A stretch of DNA of 44,814 nucleotides from NCBI RefSeq assembly GCF_004010195.1, contig NC_057757.1, positions 9,707,646-9,752,459 on the forward strand, given 5' to 3'. A program made the position numbers and the translations under genes. Position 1 is the first letter of the stretch. Each line of letters begins with the position of its first letter. Positions 1-12,249 of this stretch are shown piece by piece. The DNA comes from Chiloscyllium plagiosum. Its lineage: Eukaryota. The notes below the pieces were generated by a model that did not search any database, was not told where the DNA came from, and was given only the letters and a program-made list of their open reading frames with translations.

Positions 1-98
1 GGCATTCCAGATCTTAATCAGTCATTGCATTGGTGTATCTCTTTTGCTGCTTTTGCCAATTACATTAAGTGTGTTCTCTTTCACTCTGTGTCCTTTCA

Positions 99-860
99 TT
101 CAGAGGAGGTTAACTAGATTAATTGCAGGGCTGAAAGGTTTGTCTCATGCAGAGAGATTGAGCAGTTTATGCCAATTCTCTCTGGGGTGTAGAAGTATAG
201 GAGGTGATTTATTTGAGGTATATAGGATACTAGAGGTGATTGACAAAGTATACATAGAGCAGATGTTTCACATTGTGGGACAATCTAGAATGAGAGGTCA
301 AATTTTTAGGATAATGTTAAGGCAGACTTAATACAGAGATAAGGAGGAATGGCTTATCTTAAAGGGTTGAGAAGGGTTGGAATTCATGACCCCAGAACAG
401 CAGTGGACGCTGGGACCCTGAATACGTTTAAGGAGGAGTCTCATGCAGAGAGGTTGAGCAGTTTATGCCAATTCTCTCTGGGGTGTAGGAGGTGATTTAT
501 TTGAGGTATATAGGATACTAGAGGTGATTGACAAAGTATATATAGAGCAGATGTTTCACATTGTGGGACAATCTAGAATGAGAGGTCAAATTTTTAGGAT
601 AATGTTAAGGCAGACTTAATACAGAGATAAGGAGGAATGGCTTATCTTAAAGGGTTGAGAAGGGTTGGAATTCATGACCCCAGAACAGCAGTGGACGCTG
701 GGACCCTGAATACGTTTAAGGAGGAGACAGACAGAGTTTTAATCAGTAATAAGTTGAAGGATTATGAAGAGTGGGCAGGAAAGTGAAGTTAAGGCTGAAA
801 TGAGATCAGCCATGATCATATTAAATCGTGCAGCAGGATTGAATGACCTAATCCTGCTTC
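99..860 (+). mobile_element. CR1-type LINE 3' fragment containing a ~290-bp tandem duplication
   Basis: ORF 44..331 contains QRRLTRLIAGLKGLSHAERL...GDLFEVYRIL, typical of the CR1 ORF2 C-terminus. Segment 142-437 is repeated at 438-725. Confidence 0.9.
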
Positions 861-2032
861 TACATAAGAACATAAGAAATAGGAGCAGAATTCGGCCATG
901 TGGCCGTTTGAGCCCACTCCATCATTCAATAAGATCATGGCTGATCTTTTTGGGGCCTCAGCTCCATTTATCCACCCTCCCACCATAACCCTTAATTCCT
1001 TTGTTGTTCAAAAATCTATCTTTGCCTTAAAAACATTTAAACAGGTAGCCTCAACTGCTTCACCGTACAGGAATTCTACAGATTCACAATCCTTTGGAAG
1101 ATGCTCCTCTTCAACTCAGTCCTAAATCTATTTTGAGGCTCTGCCCGTGGTTCTAGTTTCACCCTTCAGTGGAAACAACCTCCCTGCTTCTACCTTATCT
1201 ATTCCCTTCATAATTTTATATGTTTCTAAACGATCCCCTCTCATCCTTCTAAATTCCAATGATAGGACCTTGGGTAGTGTTGTAGAACAGAGAGACCGAG
1301 GGGTTCAGGTACATAATTCTTTGAAGTTTGCATCACATACAGACAGGGTGGTTAAGAAGGTGTTTAGCACGCTTGCCTTCGTTGTTCAGACCTTTGAGTA
1401 TGGGAGTTGGGAAATCATGTTGAGGTTATATGGGACATTGGTGAGGCCTCTTCTGGGGTACTGTGTCCAGTTCTGGTTGCCCACTTATAGAGAGGATAGT
1501 ATTAATCTGGAGATTGTTCAGAACAGATTTACCAGGATGTTGCTGGGAATGCACGGTTTGAGTTATAAAGAAAAGCTGGATAGGTTAGACATCTTTGACT
1601 GGAATGTAGGAGGTTAAGACGTTTATAAAATAATGAGAGGTATAGATAGTTGTCTTTTACCGAGAATGGGAGATTTCAAGACCAGGGCGCACATTTTTAA
1701 GGGGAGAGGAGAGAGACTTAAAAATGACACAAGGAGCAAACTTTTCACACAGAGAGGTGTTCACGTGTGGAGTGAACTTTCTGAGGAAATGGTGGATGTG
1801 GGTACAGTTACAACGTTTAAAAGAGATTTGGTTAAGAATATGGATAAGAAAGGTTTGGAGGGATATAGGCCAGGAGCAGGCAGGTGGGACTAGTTTAGTT
1901 TGGGATAATGGTTGGCATAGACTGGTTGAACCAAAGGGTCTGTTTCCATGCTGTATGACCCTATGACTCCATAAACCAACTCTCTCAACTCCAGAATCAA
2001 CTTAGTGAACCTCCTCTGCACCCCCTCCAGTG
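861..2032 (-). mobile_element. CR1-type LINE 3' fragment (861-1260, resuming ~1973-2032), interrupted by a plus-strand CR1
   Basis: Tail CATAAGAACATAAGAAATAGG at ~863, then antisense CR1 3' sequence. It resumes as ...TTAGTGAACCTCCTCTGCACCCCCTCCAG after 1973. Confidence 0.8.
1261..1972 (+). mobile_element. CR1-type LINE, 5'-truncated (ORF2 C-terminus + 3' UTR)
   Basis: ORFs 1147..1617 ([15 protein letters not shown]) and 1633..1893; ends in a CTATGAC-type tail. Confidence 0.92.
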
Positions 2033-4000
2033 ACAGTCCGAGTTCTTATTATTTCTAGCAGCTGACTAGCAAGTTACCAAAGGTCATGTAGCCAACTTGG
2101 AAAAACATTCCTGTAAACAGCCTCAAGGATATTTCTGGCTGAAACAATTTGGATGCATTTATCAGGCACACTTGGGAGTCTTTTTTGTATAAAAACACAT
2201 CAGTTGATATTAAATAGCCTTCTAACACTGGAAAAGTTGATTTGTGGTGTTATTGCAGCCAAATCTATCACAAGTTCTTCTTAAAAGGAACATTCCTGAT
2301 AAAAAAGATCAGCCTAATGATTCAGAGAGAAAAAGAATTTAACTTATGAACTCTCCTAAGAATTTTCCAAAGTACTGACAATAAACTGCTTTGAAATGCA
2401 ATCTTTTTCTCCTTTGTTCATTTATGGGATGAGTATATCATTGGCTCGGCAAGCACTTAATATTCTTGAAAGTCAGTGGTGAATGACTATCTCGAGCTGC
2501 TGTGAATCATGTAACACAGAGGCAACTGATTCTCATTCAACAGTATCACACCAACGGTATTAAGATGAATAACTGACTTGCCCATATGTTTCTTTTGGTG
2601 ATGTTGGTTTAGGGAGGATCATTGTTCAGGACTTTGGCCAAATTACCTGCTACTGTCAGACAAAGACCCAATGATCTTCACCGTCAATCTTAAAGCTCAG
2701 GCATACCTTCAGTGACGTCTCACCCAAACGATGATTAAACAGTAAAGATGGTGACAGTACTATTTGAATCTATACCTATCATGAGTGGTGAAACAGATGC
2801 TAGCTTCACATTAATCCAATGAAAACTCATTGTTGAGTCCATTCATTCCTTCTCCTGTTTTAAAATATCATTAATTACCACCATGTGACCATGAGAATAG
2901 CCATTGCAATGGAAGTGATCATCTAAAGTTTTGTAAAGTTATTCTCAGGACATGGGTGGCATAAGCTGTTGTGCGAGGGCAACAGGACCCTGGAGTAGCC
3001 TTGAAATTATGTCACAGAGCTGCATATCACTGAGTATAAATAGCACAGCATGGGCAGAATTAATGCCCTCTGGAGGGTGATTGCACGCTGCAACAACACA
3101 CTGCAGAATGAGACAGAGAGTCTTAAGAGGACATGCATGAAGAAGATAATTTAGTCCTTAATCCATGTAACTGTAACTCAGAACCGGGATAGATCTGATT
3201 ACCACATCCAAACAATATTTAGTGTCAATGTATAATAGATAGTGTTACTTTGTGTTAGCCTAAATACAGTCTTAAACTTTACCTTCTCAACAATCTGTAA
3301 CAAACCCAAGCTGACAGTGTGGCATCAAGCTACACGATAAAAGACTTGCAAAGCATCATTTACTACTAATTCCTAAATTCCCACAGCCAATTGTGTAATT
3401 GTAACTGGAGTCACAGGAGGCTCAGGTCAGATAAGAAGGACAGGTTTCCTTCTTCTATTCTGTGCTATTGGATTTTTATGATAACATGGCAGCTTTGTGT
3501 TTTTGTTTTGGTTGGGCAGTGACCATTCAGGTCATTAATATATATCAGGAAAAAAGATCCCAATACCAACCCCTTGCTCCAAAAACCTTCCTTCAACCCA
3601 AAAAATATTCATTATCCATTTCTCTCTGATTTCTATCACTCAATTAATTTGGTATCCATGTTGCTTTTGTCCCTCTTATACCACAATCTAGAACCTTCCT
3701 CCTAAGTCTGTTGTGTGGCGTTGTATCAAATGGCTTCTGGAAATCCATGTACACCACATCCACAGCATCATCCACATTGAGTCTTTCTATTACTTCTTCA
3801 AAAATATCCAGTAAGTTAGTTAAACATGATTCCCCCTTTAGAAATGTATTTTGAGTCTTCTGAATCAACCTTTCTCCCCTTAATTTTGCCCCAAATAATT
3901 GTCTCTCAATGTTTTCCCCACAACAAAAGTTAAACTGACTGGTCTGTAATTTCTGGGATTATCCTTGCAATGCTTCTTGAACGAAACCACTGTTTATAAT

Positions 4001-4060
4001 TCTCCAGTCTCCTGGCACTTTCTCCAGTCTCCTGGCACTTTCTCCAGTCTCCTGGAACTT
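4001..4060. repeat. 20-bp tandem repeat x3 (TCTCCAGTCTCCTGGCACTT)
   Basis: Directly visible; the third copy has one mismatch. Confidence 0.95.
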
Positions 4061-4464
4061 TCTCTGAGTCTGGGGAAGATTCAGACCAGTGCCCCGCTGC
4101 AATTTCCACACTCATGTCTTCCAAATGCATCACATCATGAATGCATCAACTTGAAATACTAACAGGCTATCCAACATTCCTTGCTTATCAGTGTTGGACT
4201 CTTTTGCCAACAGAGTTTCCTCTTCAGTCACCTTAGTCTGGATAGAATCTCTCTCTTTGGTAATGACAAATGCAAGCATTCATTTAATACCTCATCCATT
4301 TGTAAATCTTGCTTCTTTACTCCTTCTTTTATCACTCTTTTATTATTTATAAGCCTATTGAAGACTTTGGGACACCAGCTTAGGTTTACTGCACATTTTT
4401 TCTCATAACTTCTCTTTGCTTCTCTTATTTGCTTTTTCACCTTCCCTCTTAACCTTTGTATTCA

Positions 4465-4612
4465 TTATAGAGTCAAACAGCATGAACACAGACCCTTTGG
4501 TCTGACCAGTCCATGCTGAACATAATCCTAAACTAAACTAGCCCCCCCTGCCTGCTCCTGGCCCGTATCCCTCCAAACCTTTCCTATCGATGTACTTATC
4601 CAAATGCCTTTC
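4465..4612 (-). mobile_element. CR1 3'-end fragment nested in the old CR1
   Basis: Reverse complement of the CR1 3' UTR seen at ~1830-1970 (AAACTAAACTAG...CCTGCTCCTGGCC). Confidence 0.8.
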
Positions 4613-5222
4613 AGGATTGTATCTTATGATGCCTGTCACAAAGCGCACTTTTGCTTCTTTATCTGGATCTCTGTCTCTTTTGTTATCCATGGAGATGTGG
4701 ATTTATTTGTTTTACCTTTTCCATTTGAGGCAATTTACCCCAACTGCCCCTGATTTGTCTCCTCTTTGAAGGGCGCCCGTTTTTCAGTTATTGTTCTTCC
4801 CACCAACCTTTCATTCCAGTTAATCTTGTTCAACTTTGTCCTTGCCCCACTGAAGTCAGGTCTCCATCAATTGAGTTGCTTACTCTGGATTAACCATTAT
4901 TATTCTCTGTCATGATCCTGAGCCTTCTGATACAATGATCACTGTCACTTAAACAATCTCCCATTGATGTTCGATTTACTTGGCACACTTCATTCCCAAA
5001 AACCAAATCTGACAGACAACCTTCCTTGTTGGCCAGGACGCATACTGCTGTCGTGGATTCTGAACACAATCTAGAAACACATGTCCCTCACTGCCCATTA
5101 CACTACAACTACCTCAGTCTTTTATGGATATTTAAAGTCTCCCCACTTTTTAATGCTGGCATGTCTCTGTAATTTCTTGTAGATTTGTTCCTCTAAGTTC
5201 TTGCCACCAGTTGATGCTCTAA

Positions 5223-5537
5223 TAGATTAGATTAGATTAGATTCTCCACAGTGTGGAAACAGATCCTTCAGCCTAACCAGTCCACACTGACCCTCCAAAG
5301 AGTAACCCACCCAGACCCATTTCCCTCTGACTAATGCACCTAACACTACGGGCAATTTAGCATGGCCAATTTACCTGCCCTGCAGGACTGTGGGAGGAAA
5401 CTGGAACATCCGGAGGAAACCCATACAGACACAGGGAGTATGTACAAACTCCACACAGTCACCTGAGGCTGGAATTGAACCTGGGACCCTGGTGCTATGG
5501 GGCAGCAGTGCTAACCACTAAGCCACCGTGCTGCTCC
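5223..5537 (-). mobile_element. HE1-like tRNA-derived V-SINE
   Basis: (TAGAT)n tail, V-domain GGAGGAAACTGGAACATCCGGAGGAAACCC, tRNA-like head; matches the reverse complement of 10979-11301. Confidence 0.92.
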
Positions 5538-6349
5538 TAAATAGACATAAAGGAGCGTCCCTGGGTGGGCACAAGCCACCAACCTTTCAGTTAACAGCCG
5601 ACTTCACCCAGCATTGCAATCTTTTTGTTCCTTTGCTCCAGCCAAATAGATCCTATCCTTGAAACCTCTGAGACTTCCTCTTTCTCCAGAATTGCAACGG
5701 TCTCCTTAACCAGTACTGCCCTTCTAGCTATTCTGAACACATTGCACCCAGGAATACTTAACATCCAGCCCTACCCTTCCTTGAGACATGTTTCTGTTAT
5801 TGCTACAACATTTTTCCACATAGCAATCTGTGCCTGTAACTCCTCAAAATTATTTACTGCACTCCCCACATTCACAAAAATCCACATGAACCCTGATTTA
5901 CACTTCATTTCTTACTTCCTTAGTCTGACTTCACCGATTAATTTGCTGCTGTCTCTACACCCATGATAACTGCATCTCGAAGTATTTTGCGAACCCTAGT
6001 AATATCCTCTACTGTCTTCCTTTGGTTCCCACTCCCCTACCAAGTTAGTTCAATGTCCTCTGAACAACACAAATAAAATGTCTGTCGAGGAACTCAGTCC
6101 CAGCTCTGCCCATCTGATTTGTCCAGGTACTATCTTCCCCAGATCCAGTCTCATGTCCCAGGAATCTAAAGACCTCCCTCCTGCACCATCTTTCCAGACA
6201 CTCATTCACCTGTGTTATCCTTTGAATCCGTATTCACTCGCACATGAAACTGGAAGGAATGCTGAGATTACCACATCTGAAATCCCTAAATTCTGATTGT
6301 GGGACCACATAGTCATTCTTCCCATTTTGACACAATCTTGATGGTGTCA

Positions 6350-6670
6350 AGATTTTGAAGTGTTGTTGGGGCTGCACCCATCCAGGCAAGTGGGGAGTAC
6401 ACCATCACACTCCTGACGTGGTTAAAAATCACACACCACCAGGTTATAGTCCAACAGGTTTAATTGGAAGCACAAGGAGCGTCACTCCGAAAGCTAGTGT
6501 GCTTCCAATTAAACCTGTTGGACTATAACCTGGTGGTGTGTGATTTTTAATTTTGTAACACCCCAGTCCAACACCAGCATCTCCAAATCATGACTCCTGA
6601 CGTGTGCCTTGTAGATGGTGGACAGACTTTGGGAATTAGGATGTGAGTTATTTGCTGAGGATTCCTAGGA
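6350..6670 (-). mobile_element. Fragment of a second (non-canonical CR1/L2-group) LINE, split by a PLE insertion
   Basis: Reverse complement matches 37255-37380 (YKAQ.RS.MEYSP.AWM.AAPTTLK). Confidence 0.8.
6421..6592 (+). mobile_element. Penelope-like family B short fold-back insertion
   Basis: Perfect 53-bp inverted repeat 6422-6474/6498-6550; 42-nt tail; exact 12-bp TSD ACTCCTGACGTG at 6409-6420 and 6593-6604; 3' half of a hammerhead (GGAG...CTCCGAAAGCTA) in the loop. Confidence 0.85.
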
Positions 6671-6989
6671 ATGTAATGTTTGTGTATAATAGTTAGCTGT
6701 ACTAAATTACTGTTGGATTCTTCACTGTCACCATCTCCACTCAGTTTCAGACATTCTGGGTGATCAGGTAAACATCCAGCTGGAGGCAAACTCACATCAC
6801 TTCAGGTTAAAGTTTATCCCCCAGTCACCATCACAAAAAAAAAAGATGAGCTTATCATTTGACTCTTTGCTGTTTCCAGGACCTTAGTGGGTGATAGTGG
6901 CCATATTACAACAGTCATCAATACCACTCTGTAACCTAAGGATGCCCCATGCCAATTTGTTTTTATCATGAATACATTTCAGAAGTAGC

Positions 6990-7283
6990 ATAGAATCCTT
7001 ACATTGTGGAAGCAGGACATTCATTCCATCAAGTCCACACTGACCTTCCAAAGAGCATCCCACCCAGACCCACCATCCTACCCGATCCCTGTAACCCTAT
7101 ATTTCCCATGGCTAATCAACCTAACTTGCACATCTTTGGACTGCAGAAGGAAACTGGAACACACCCACGCTGGCACTAGGAGGATGTGCAACCTCCACAC
7201 AGACAATTGCCCGAGGCTAGGATTGAATGCAGGTCCCTGGTGCTCAGAGGCAATAGCACTAACCACTGGGCCACCATGCCACC
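6990..7283 (-). mobile_element. HE1-like V-SINE
   Basis: Similar to the other copies across head, V-domain and tail. Confidence 0.88.
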
Positions 7284-7627
7284 TCAAAGTGCGACCCCTC
7301 TGTGGTATCCTCCAAATCTGCAACTCTCCAAGTTACCTGTGCCTTTTAATTTAGGCCTGTTATTCATTTCCAATTGGCTGTGCATGAAGTTTTCTGACCG
7401 TAAGCTCTGACAGCTCTAATGAATTGTCCTGTTGAGATCTGTTTGACATTGCCAGAGCTGCTGAGTTTTTCAAACCCTTCCTGTTTTATTCTGTAACTCC
7501 TGTGTTTGGCTGCAGAGGTGGGGTCACTGCTATGTCAGTCAGCAGTGCAGGCACAAAAAGGATCTAGAGGGCCACAAAGTGACCTAATCACTTTGTCTGG
7601 TAATTTTTACCTCGTACCAGGATTGGT

Positions 7628-8215
7628 TAGAGTCTTAGAGTCATAAAGTCCTCCAGCCTGGAAATAGGCCTTTTGGCCCAAATTGGTCCTTGCTGACCAA
7701 AATGTCTATTCACGCTAACTCCATTTCCTTGCACTTGGCCCAAATCTTTCTGAACCTTTCCTATCCATGTATTTGTCCCAATTGCCTTTTAAATGTTGTT
7801 AATGTACCCGCCTCAACTCCTTCCGCTGGCAGCTCATTCCATATGCTACCCCATTTTGTGTATAAAAATGTTGCCCCTCAGGTTCCCTTTTATTCTTTCC
7901 CCTCTAACCTTAAACTGATGCCCTCTAATCCTCAATACTCCAACCCTGGGAAAAAGACTGAGTGCTTTCACCCTAACCATGCCTCTCATGATCTTATACA
8001 CCTCCAAAAGCTCCCCTCTCAGGCTCCTACGTTCTGCAGAAGAAAGCCCTAGCTTGTCCAACTTCTCCCCATAACTCAGACCATTGAGTCTTTGTAAATT
8101 TCTTCTGCACTCTTTCCAGTTTAAGAACATCCTTCGTATATCAAGGCGACCAGAACTGAACACAATACTCCAAGTGAGGCCTCACCAGCTTGCTGTACAA
8201 TTACAGCATAACTTC
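7628..8215 (-). mobile_element. CR1 LINE 3' fragment
   Basis: ORF 7846..8163 (LSYGEKLDKLGL..ERRSLRGELLEVYKIM); TAGAGTC tail. Confidence 0.9.
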
Positions 8216-8391
8216 AGTGTCTTAGACACACACTCTTTCCGAGACTTTAACCTGAAAGATGATAAAGGAAGGTCTCACACTGCAGCTGCTACGTTGTTTT
8301 TGGCAAATTAATTTCACACAGCCCTGGGCACGAATGCACATTCACAGGACAGACTGTTCACATCACAAAGGGTTGCAAATCACTGTCTTAC

Positions 8392-8438
8392 CTCTGGTCC
8401 CTTGCTGAATCCATCTGGCCAGCAGAGACAGCCGAGAG
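8392..8438 (-). other. Candidate 47-nt exon of an unidentified minus-strand gene
   Basis: Minus strand: ccctgcttctcgtctcccccag|CTCTCGG...ACCAGAG|gtaaga; open in all three frames; unique sequence. Confidence 0.4.
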
Positions 8439-8559
8439 CTGGGGGAGACGAGAAGCAGGGTCACAGAGAATTGGAGCATTAGGGAGGCAGATGACTGGGT
8501 AAGAGCAACAGGGCATGGGTGAGGGGAGTATGGAGTGCAGTGCATATCGTGTAGCAGGG

Positions 8560-8895
8560 GGTTACTGACTGAGAAAGAGCTGTTGATTGAGGGGCAGAGA
8601 GTGAGGGAGGGCATAGTGAGAGAGTGTGTAAAGCGAAGGTGGTATAAAGTGAGTGAGTGAGTGATAAAATGAGAGGAGTATATATTGAGGAGGGTATAAA
8701 GTGAATGGTTATACAGTAAGGGGTTATAAAGAGTGGGGGAGCTGCGCAAGGGGATATAGACTGAAGGTGACACAGAGTGAGGAGGTATAAAGTGAAGGGT
8801 TTTACAGTGAGGGGTTATAAAGAGAGGGGGTATTGTGCAAGGGGATATAGACTGAAAGGGACACAGAGTGAGAAGGTATAAAGTGAAGGATAGGG
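8560..8895. repeat. Purine-rich degenerate tandem repeat (GGTATAAAGTGA-like units; ~110-bp higher-order duplication)
   Basis: AAGGGGATATAGACTGAA.G.GACACAGAGTGAG.AGGTATAAAGTGAAGG occurs at ~8748 and ~8839. Confidence 0.8.
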
Positions 8896-9263
8896 TCGCC
8901 CATGGGGTGATGCTGTTGGTTGGTACCAGGCTGGAGGACACAGAATCAGAGTATTTTTGGCCTGATCCCAGGATACTCCCTACTGAACGCCATCAATCAG
9001 GCTAACAAGGAGCAACTCTCTTCTACGTTCCAGCCAACAGAGCTGGGGTTGGGCTGGGAGCTTTAGCAACACACTGCAGCAGCTGAATCTTTATTATCCC
9101 AGCACATCGGGGGCAGGGCCTGCTGTCTGTCCCCTTCATGTGGTTCTGATTAAAGTTCATGTCTTGGTCAAAGGACGCAAGAGAGGAAACACAGGTAGAG
9201 AGAGCTGTAATTGGAGATGAGGGGTGCTGCAGCAACTCTGCAAGGTAGACCCAGCAGTGTGAT

Positions 9264-9391
9264 CGTCCTGAAGAAGGGCTTATGCCCGAAACGTCGATTC
9301 TCCTGCTCCTTGGATGCTGCCTGACGTGCTGCGCTTTTCCAGCAACACATTTTTCAGCTCTGATCTCCAGCATCTGCAGTCCTGACTTTCT
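9264..9391 (+). mobile_element. Penelope-like family A 128-bp insertion
   Basis: Exact 14-bp TSD CCCAGCAGTGTGAT at 9250-9263 and 9392-9405; matches 33830-33919 and 34990-35086. Confidence 0.87.
9268..9295 (+). ncRNA. Minimal type I hammerhead ribozyme motif (family A)
   Basis: CTGAAGA-A-GGGC(TTAT)GCCC-GAAA-C-GTC; helix I is weak (2-3 bp). Confidence 0.7.
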
Positions 9392-9654
9392 CCCAGCAGT
9401 GTGATTGACAGTGAAAAGTGGAGGTGCCTATTCTCACAATAGTACTTACTTCCAGCATTGGGAATGAGACCTCACTGACTTAGCATTAATTAAATTGTCA
9501 AGTGCTCAATGGTAAAGTAGTTTTTTAATTCTTTCATGGGATGTGGACATTACTAGCGAGGCCGGCATTTATTGTCCATCTCTAATTATCTGATTGGCTG
9601 GCACAATCATTTCAGAGGGCAGTTATGATCAACTACAGTTTTAAGACAAGGAGT

Positions 9655-9905
9655 AGGAGGTTTATTGAGGAAAATTACTTCACCCAGCAGTGAGTGGATA
9701 TAGAGAACTCGATGCCTGAAAGGGTGGCACAGCCATGAACAATCAAGATATAAGAAGTATTTAGATGAGCAGTTAAAATGCCATCTCATACAGGGCTATA
9801 GGCCAAGTGCTGGAAAATTGCGACGAGAGCAGATGGATGATTGATATAACTGGTGCAGATAAGATGGGCTGAAGGGCCTTCAGCAGTCCTATAAAAGCTC
9901 ACAGT
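9655..9905 (+). mobile_element. CR1 3' fragment
   Basis: TTGAGGAAAATTACTTCACCCAG...GGGCTGAAGGGCCT, a CR1 3' end. Confidence 0.75.
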
Positions 9906-9909
9906 GCTG

Positions 9910-10265
9910 TGAGTCATTGAGTCCTAGAGTCCTACAGCATGGAGACTGGCCCTTTGGCCCAAACTGGTCCATGCCAACCAAACTGTCCATCCATGCTAAC
10001 CCCATTTCCTTGCATTTGGCCCATATCCTTCTAAACTTTTCCTACCTATGTTTTTGTCCAAATGCCTTTTAGATGCTGTTAATGTACCTGCCTCAACTAC
10101 TTCCACTGGCAGCACATTCCAGCTCTGTGTTAAAAATATTGCCCCTCAAGTTCCCTTTTATTCTTTCCCCTCTAATCTAAATTGATCCCTCTCCCCAACC
10201 CTGGGAAAAAGACTGAGTGCATTCACCCTATCCATGCCTCTCATGATCTTATGCACTTCTACAAG
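9910..10265 (-). mobile_element. CR1 3' fragment, same subfamily as 7628-8215
   Basis: Closely similar to 7628-8010. Confidence 0.88.
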
Positions 10266-10978
10266 TGTCTGAAGTCACGTGTAGGCCAGACCAAGTAAGG
10301 ATGGCAGACTTCCTTCCCTGAAGGACATTAGTGAACCAGACTTTTTAAAAATAAGATGACAGTCACCAACAGAGAGATGAGTTTTCCCAGATCAATTTTT
10401 CAAATTCCACCCTTGCCCTGATGGGATTTGAACCAGGGCCCGCAATGCATTAGCCTGAGCCCCTGAATTACTGGCTCACTGACATTATCACAATGCCACC
10501 GTCCACCCCAAAGCAATACTATAGATCACAGGATGCACCACAACTCTTTCCAGTCAATGTGATACTTCTTAAAGTGTGAATGCAGGGAGCTGACAATATC
10601 ACATTAGTTAAGTTCAGCTGAATGCCAGCGGCTGGGAGGGTGGCAGGATTAGTAGCTGGACAATAATCTTATTGTGGGAGTGAGGGCGTGGGGAACTGCA
10701 ATGGGAAAACATTCCTTTTCTGAAACTTGTGCTAATGTTCATGGACTTGACCAGCGTAAAAAAATCACCAAATAAAGCCTCTGACCTAGAAATGATCCCG
10801 ATGTTAGTATATGAATACTAAAGGCCCTGGTGAGACTGCCTGAAAGCTGATGAGTTAACCTGCTCATCTTAAACAGGTACCAAACTGCTTTACCATACCA
10901 ACTCGCAGTCCGTTCAATCTGAGTTCCTGCCACCGTGTCCTTATCGGAGTGAATGGAGAAATGAAGGAAGACAACAGT

Positions 10979-11301
10979 GGGTGGCACGGTGGCACAGTGG
11001 TTAGCACTGCTGCCTCACAGCGCCAGAGACCCGGGTTCAATTCCCGCCTCAGGCGACTGACTGTGTGGAGTTTGCACGTTCTCCCCGTGTCTGCGTGGGT
11101 TTTCTCCGGGTGCTCCGATTTCCTCCCACAGTCCAAAGATGTGCAGGTCAGGTGAATTGGCCATGCTAAATTGCCTGTAGTGTTAGGTAAGGGGTAAATG
11201 TAGGGGTATGGGTGGGTTGCGCTTCGGCAGGGCGGTGTGGACTTGTTGGGCCGAAGGGCCTGTTTCCACACTGTAAGTAATCTAATCTAAATCTAATCTA
11301 A
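10979..11301 (+). mobile_element. HE1-like V-SINE, young full-length copy
   Basis: A box TGGCACAGTGG 10990-11000; B box GGTTCAATTCC 11034-11044; V-domain GTGTGGAGTTTGCACGTTCTCCCCGTGTCTGCGTGGG; CR1-like 3' end; (AATCT)n tail; CpGs retained. Confidence 0.95.
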
Positions 11302-11304
11302 ACA

Positions 11305-12020
11305 GAAAGCTACAGAACAGAGGGACTTGTGAGTCTTCATCCACAAATCACAAAAAGCTAGTATCTCAGTTCAGTAATTAAAAGGGAAGACTAAAATGTT
11401 GGTCTTTGTTTCAAAGGAAATGGGGTATAAAAATCAGGAGGTCTTGCAAAAACTGTACAAGTCAGACCCCAGGTACAATGCTTGTGAACAGTTTTGGGCT
11501 CTGTATATAAGGAAAGGTATACTGGCATTGGAGGCAATCCAAAGAAGGTTCACTTAGCTGATCCTGGATATGGAGGGACTGTCTTATGAGGAGAAGTTGA
11601 GGAGGTTGGACATGGACTCATTGGAGTACAGAAGAATGAGAGGTAATCTTATCGAAACGTACAAGGTTCCTATAGGAATTGACCAAGTAAATGTGGAGAG
11701 TGTGTTTCTCCTTGTGGGAGAGTCTAGAACAACAGGGAATAATCTCAGAGTAAGCGATCACACAGTGAAGACAGGGATGAGGAGGAATTTCTTCTCTTAA
11801 AGGGTCGTGAAAAAGTGGAATTCCTTACCATTGAGGGCTGTCGTGGTTGGGTCATTAAGTATAATATTCAAGGCTGAGAATGATAGAATTTTAATCAGGA
11901 AGGGAATCAAGAGTCATGGGGGAAAGGCAGGAGTTTAGGATGATCAGATCAGCCGTTGAATGGTGGAGCAGACTCAATGGGTTGAATGGTCTACTTCTGC
12001 TCCTACATCTTATGGTCTTA
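11305..12020 (+). mobile_element. CR1 LINE 3' fragment
   Basis: ORF 11570..11800 (EGLSYEEKLRRL..LEYRRMRGNLIETYK). Confidence 0.9.
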
Positions 12021-12249
12021 TGGTTGTACACCAACAATGGACACAGCCAGGATTTCCGGCACATTCCAATCAGGGAATAGGAGATTCTGTTTGTATCATT
12101 TGTGACAGAAATCAGTATCGAAGTATTTTGATGTAAGTACTGTAAATCAGAACTTCCACAGGGCAAATTAATCTTTAATGAAACTAGATGGAGATCAGGA
12201 AATCTCATATTTGTACAGCAACTTTTTGTGATGGCTCAAAACTTTTTAC

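Larger units (their letters stand above)
3520..6295 (-). mobile_element. Old, degraded, near-full-length CR1 LINE (ORF1 esterase remnant, APE endonuclease, RT) with nested insertions
   Basis: Minus strand: SCLTNLLDIFEEV...VDVVYMDFQKPFD (RT, 3644-3868); VVAITETCL (APE N-terminus, ~5780-5810); NECLERWCRREVFRFLGH (ORF1 esterase-like, ~6150-6210). Confidence 0.85.
9520..10505 (-). mobile_element. Second tRNA-SINE family copy (9520-9640 + 10266-10505), split by two CR1 fragments
   Basis: Both halves match the reverse complement of 32160-32520. Confidence 0.8.

Noticed and set aside
8363..8941. 192-aa minus-strand ORF
   Set aside because: Mostly a translation of low-complexity repeat; only the 47-nt exon-like end is kept as a weak candidate.
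10979..11050. tRNA gene (A and B boxes)
   Set aside because: It is the head of a multi-copy SINE and continues into the V-domain.
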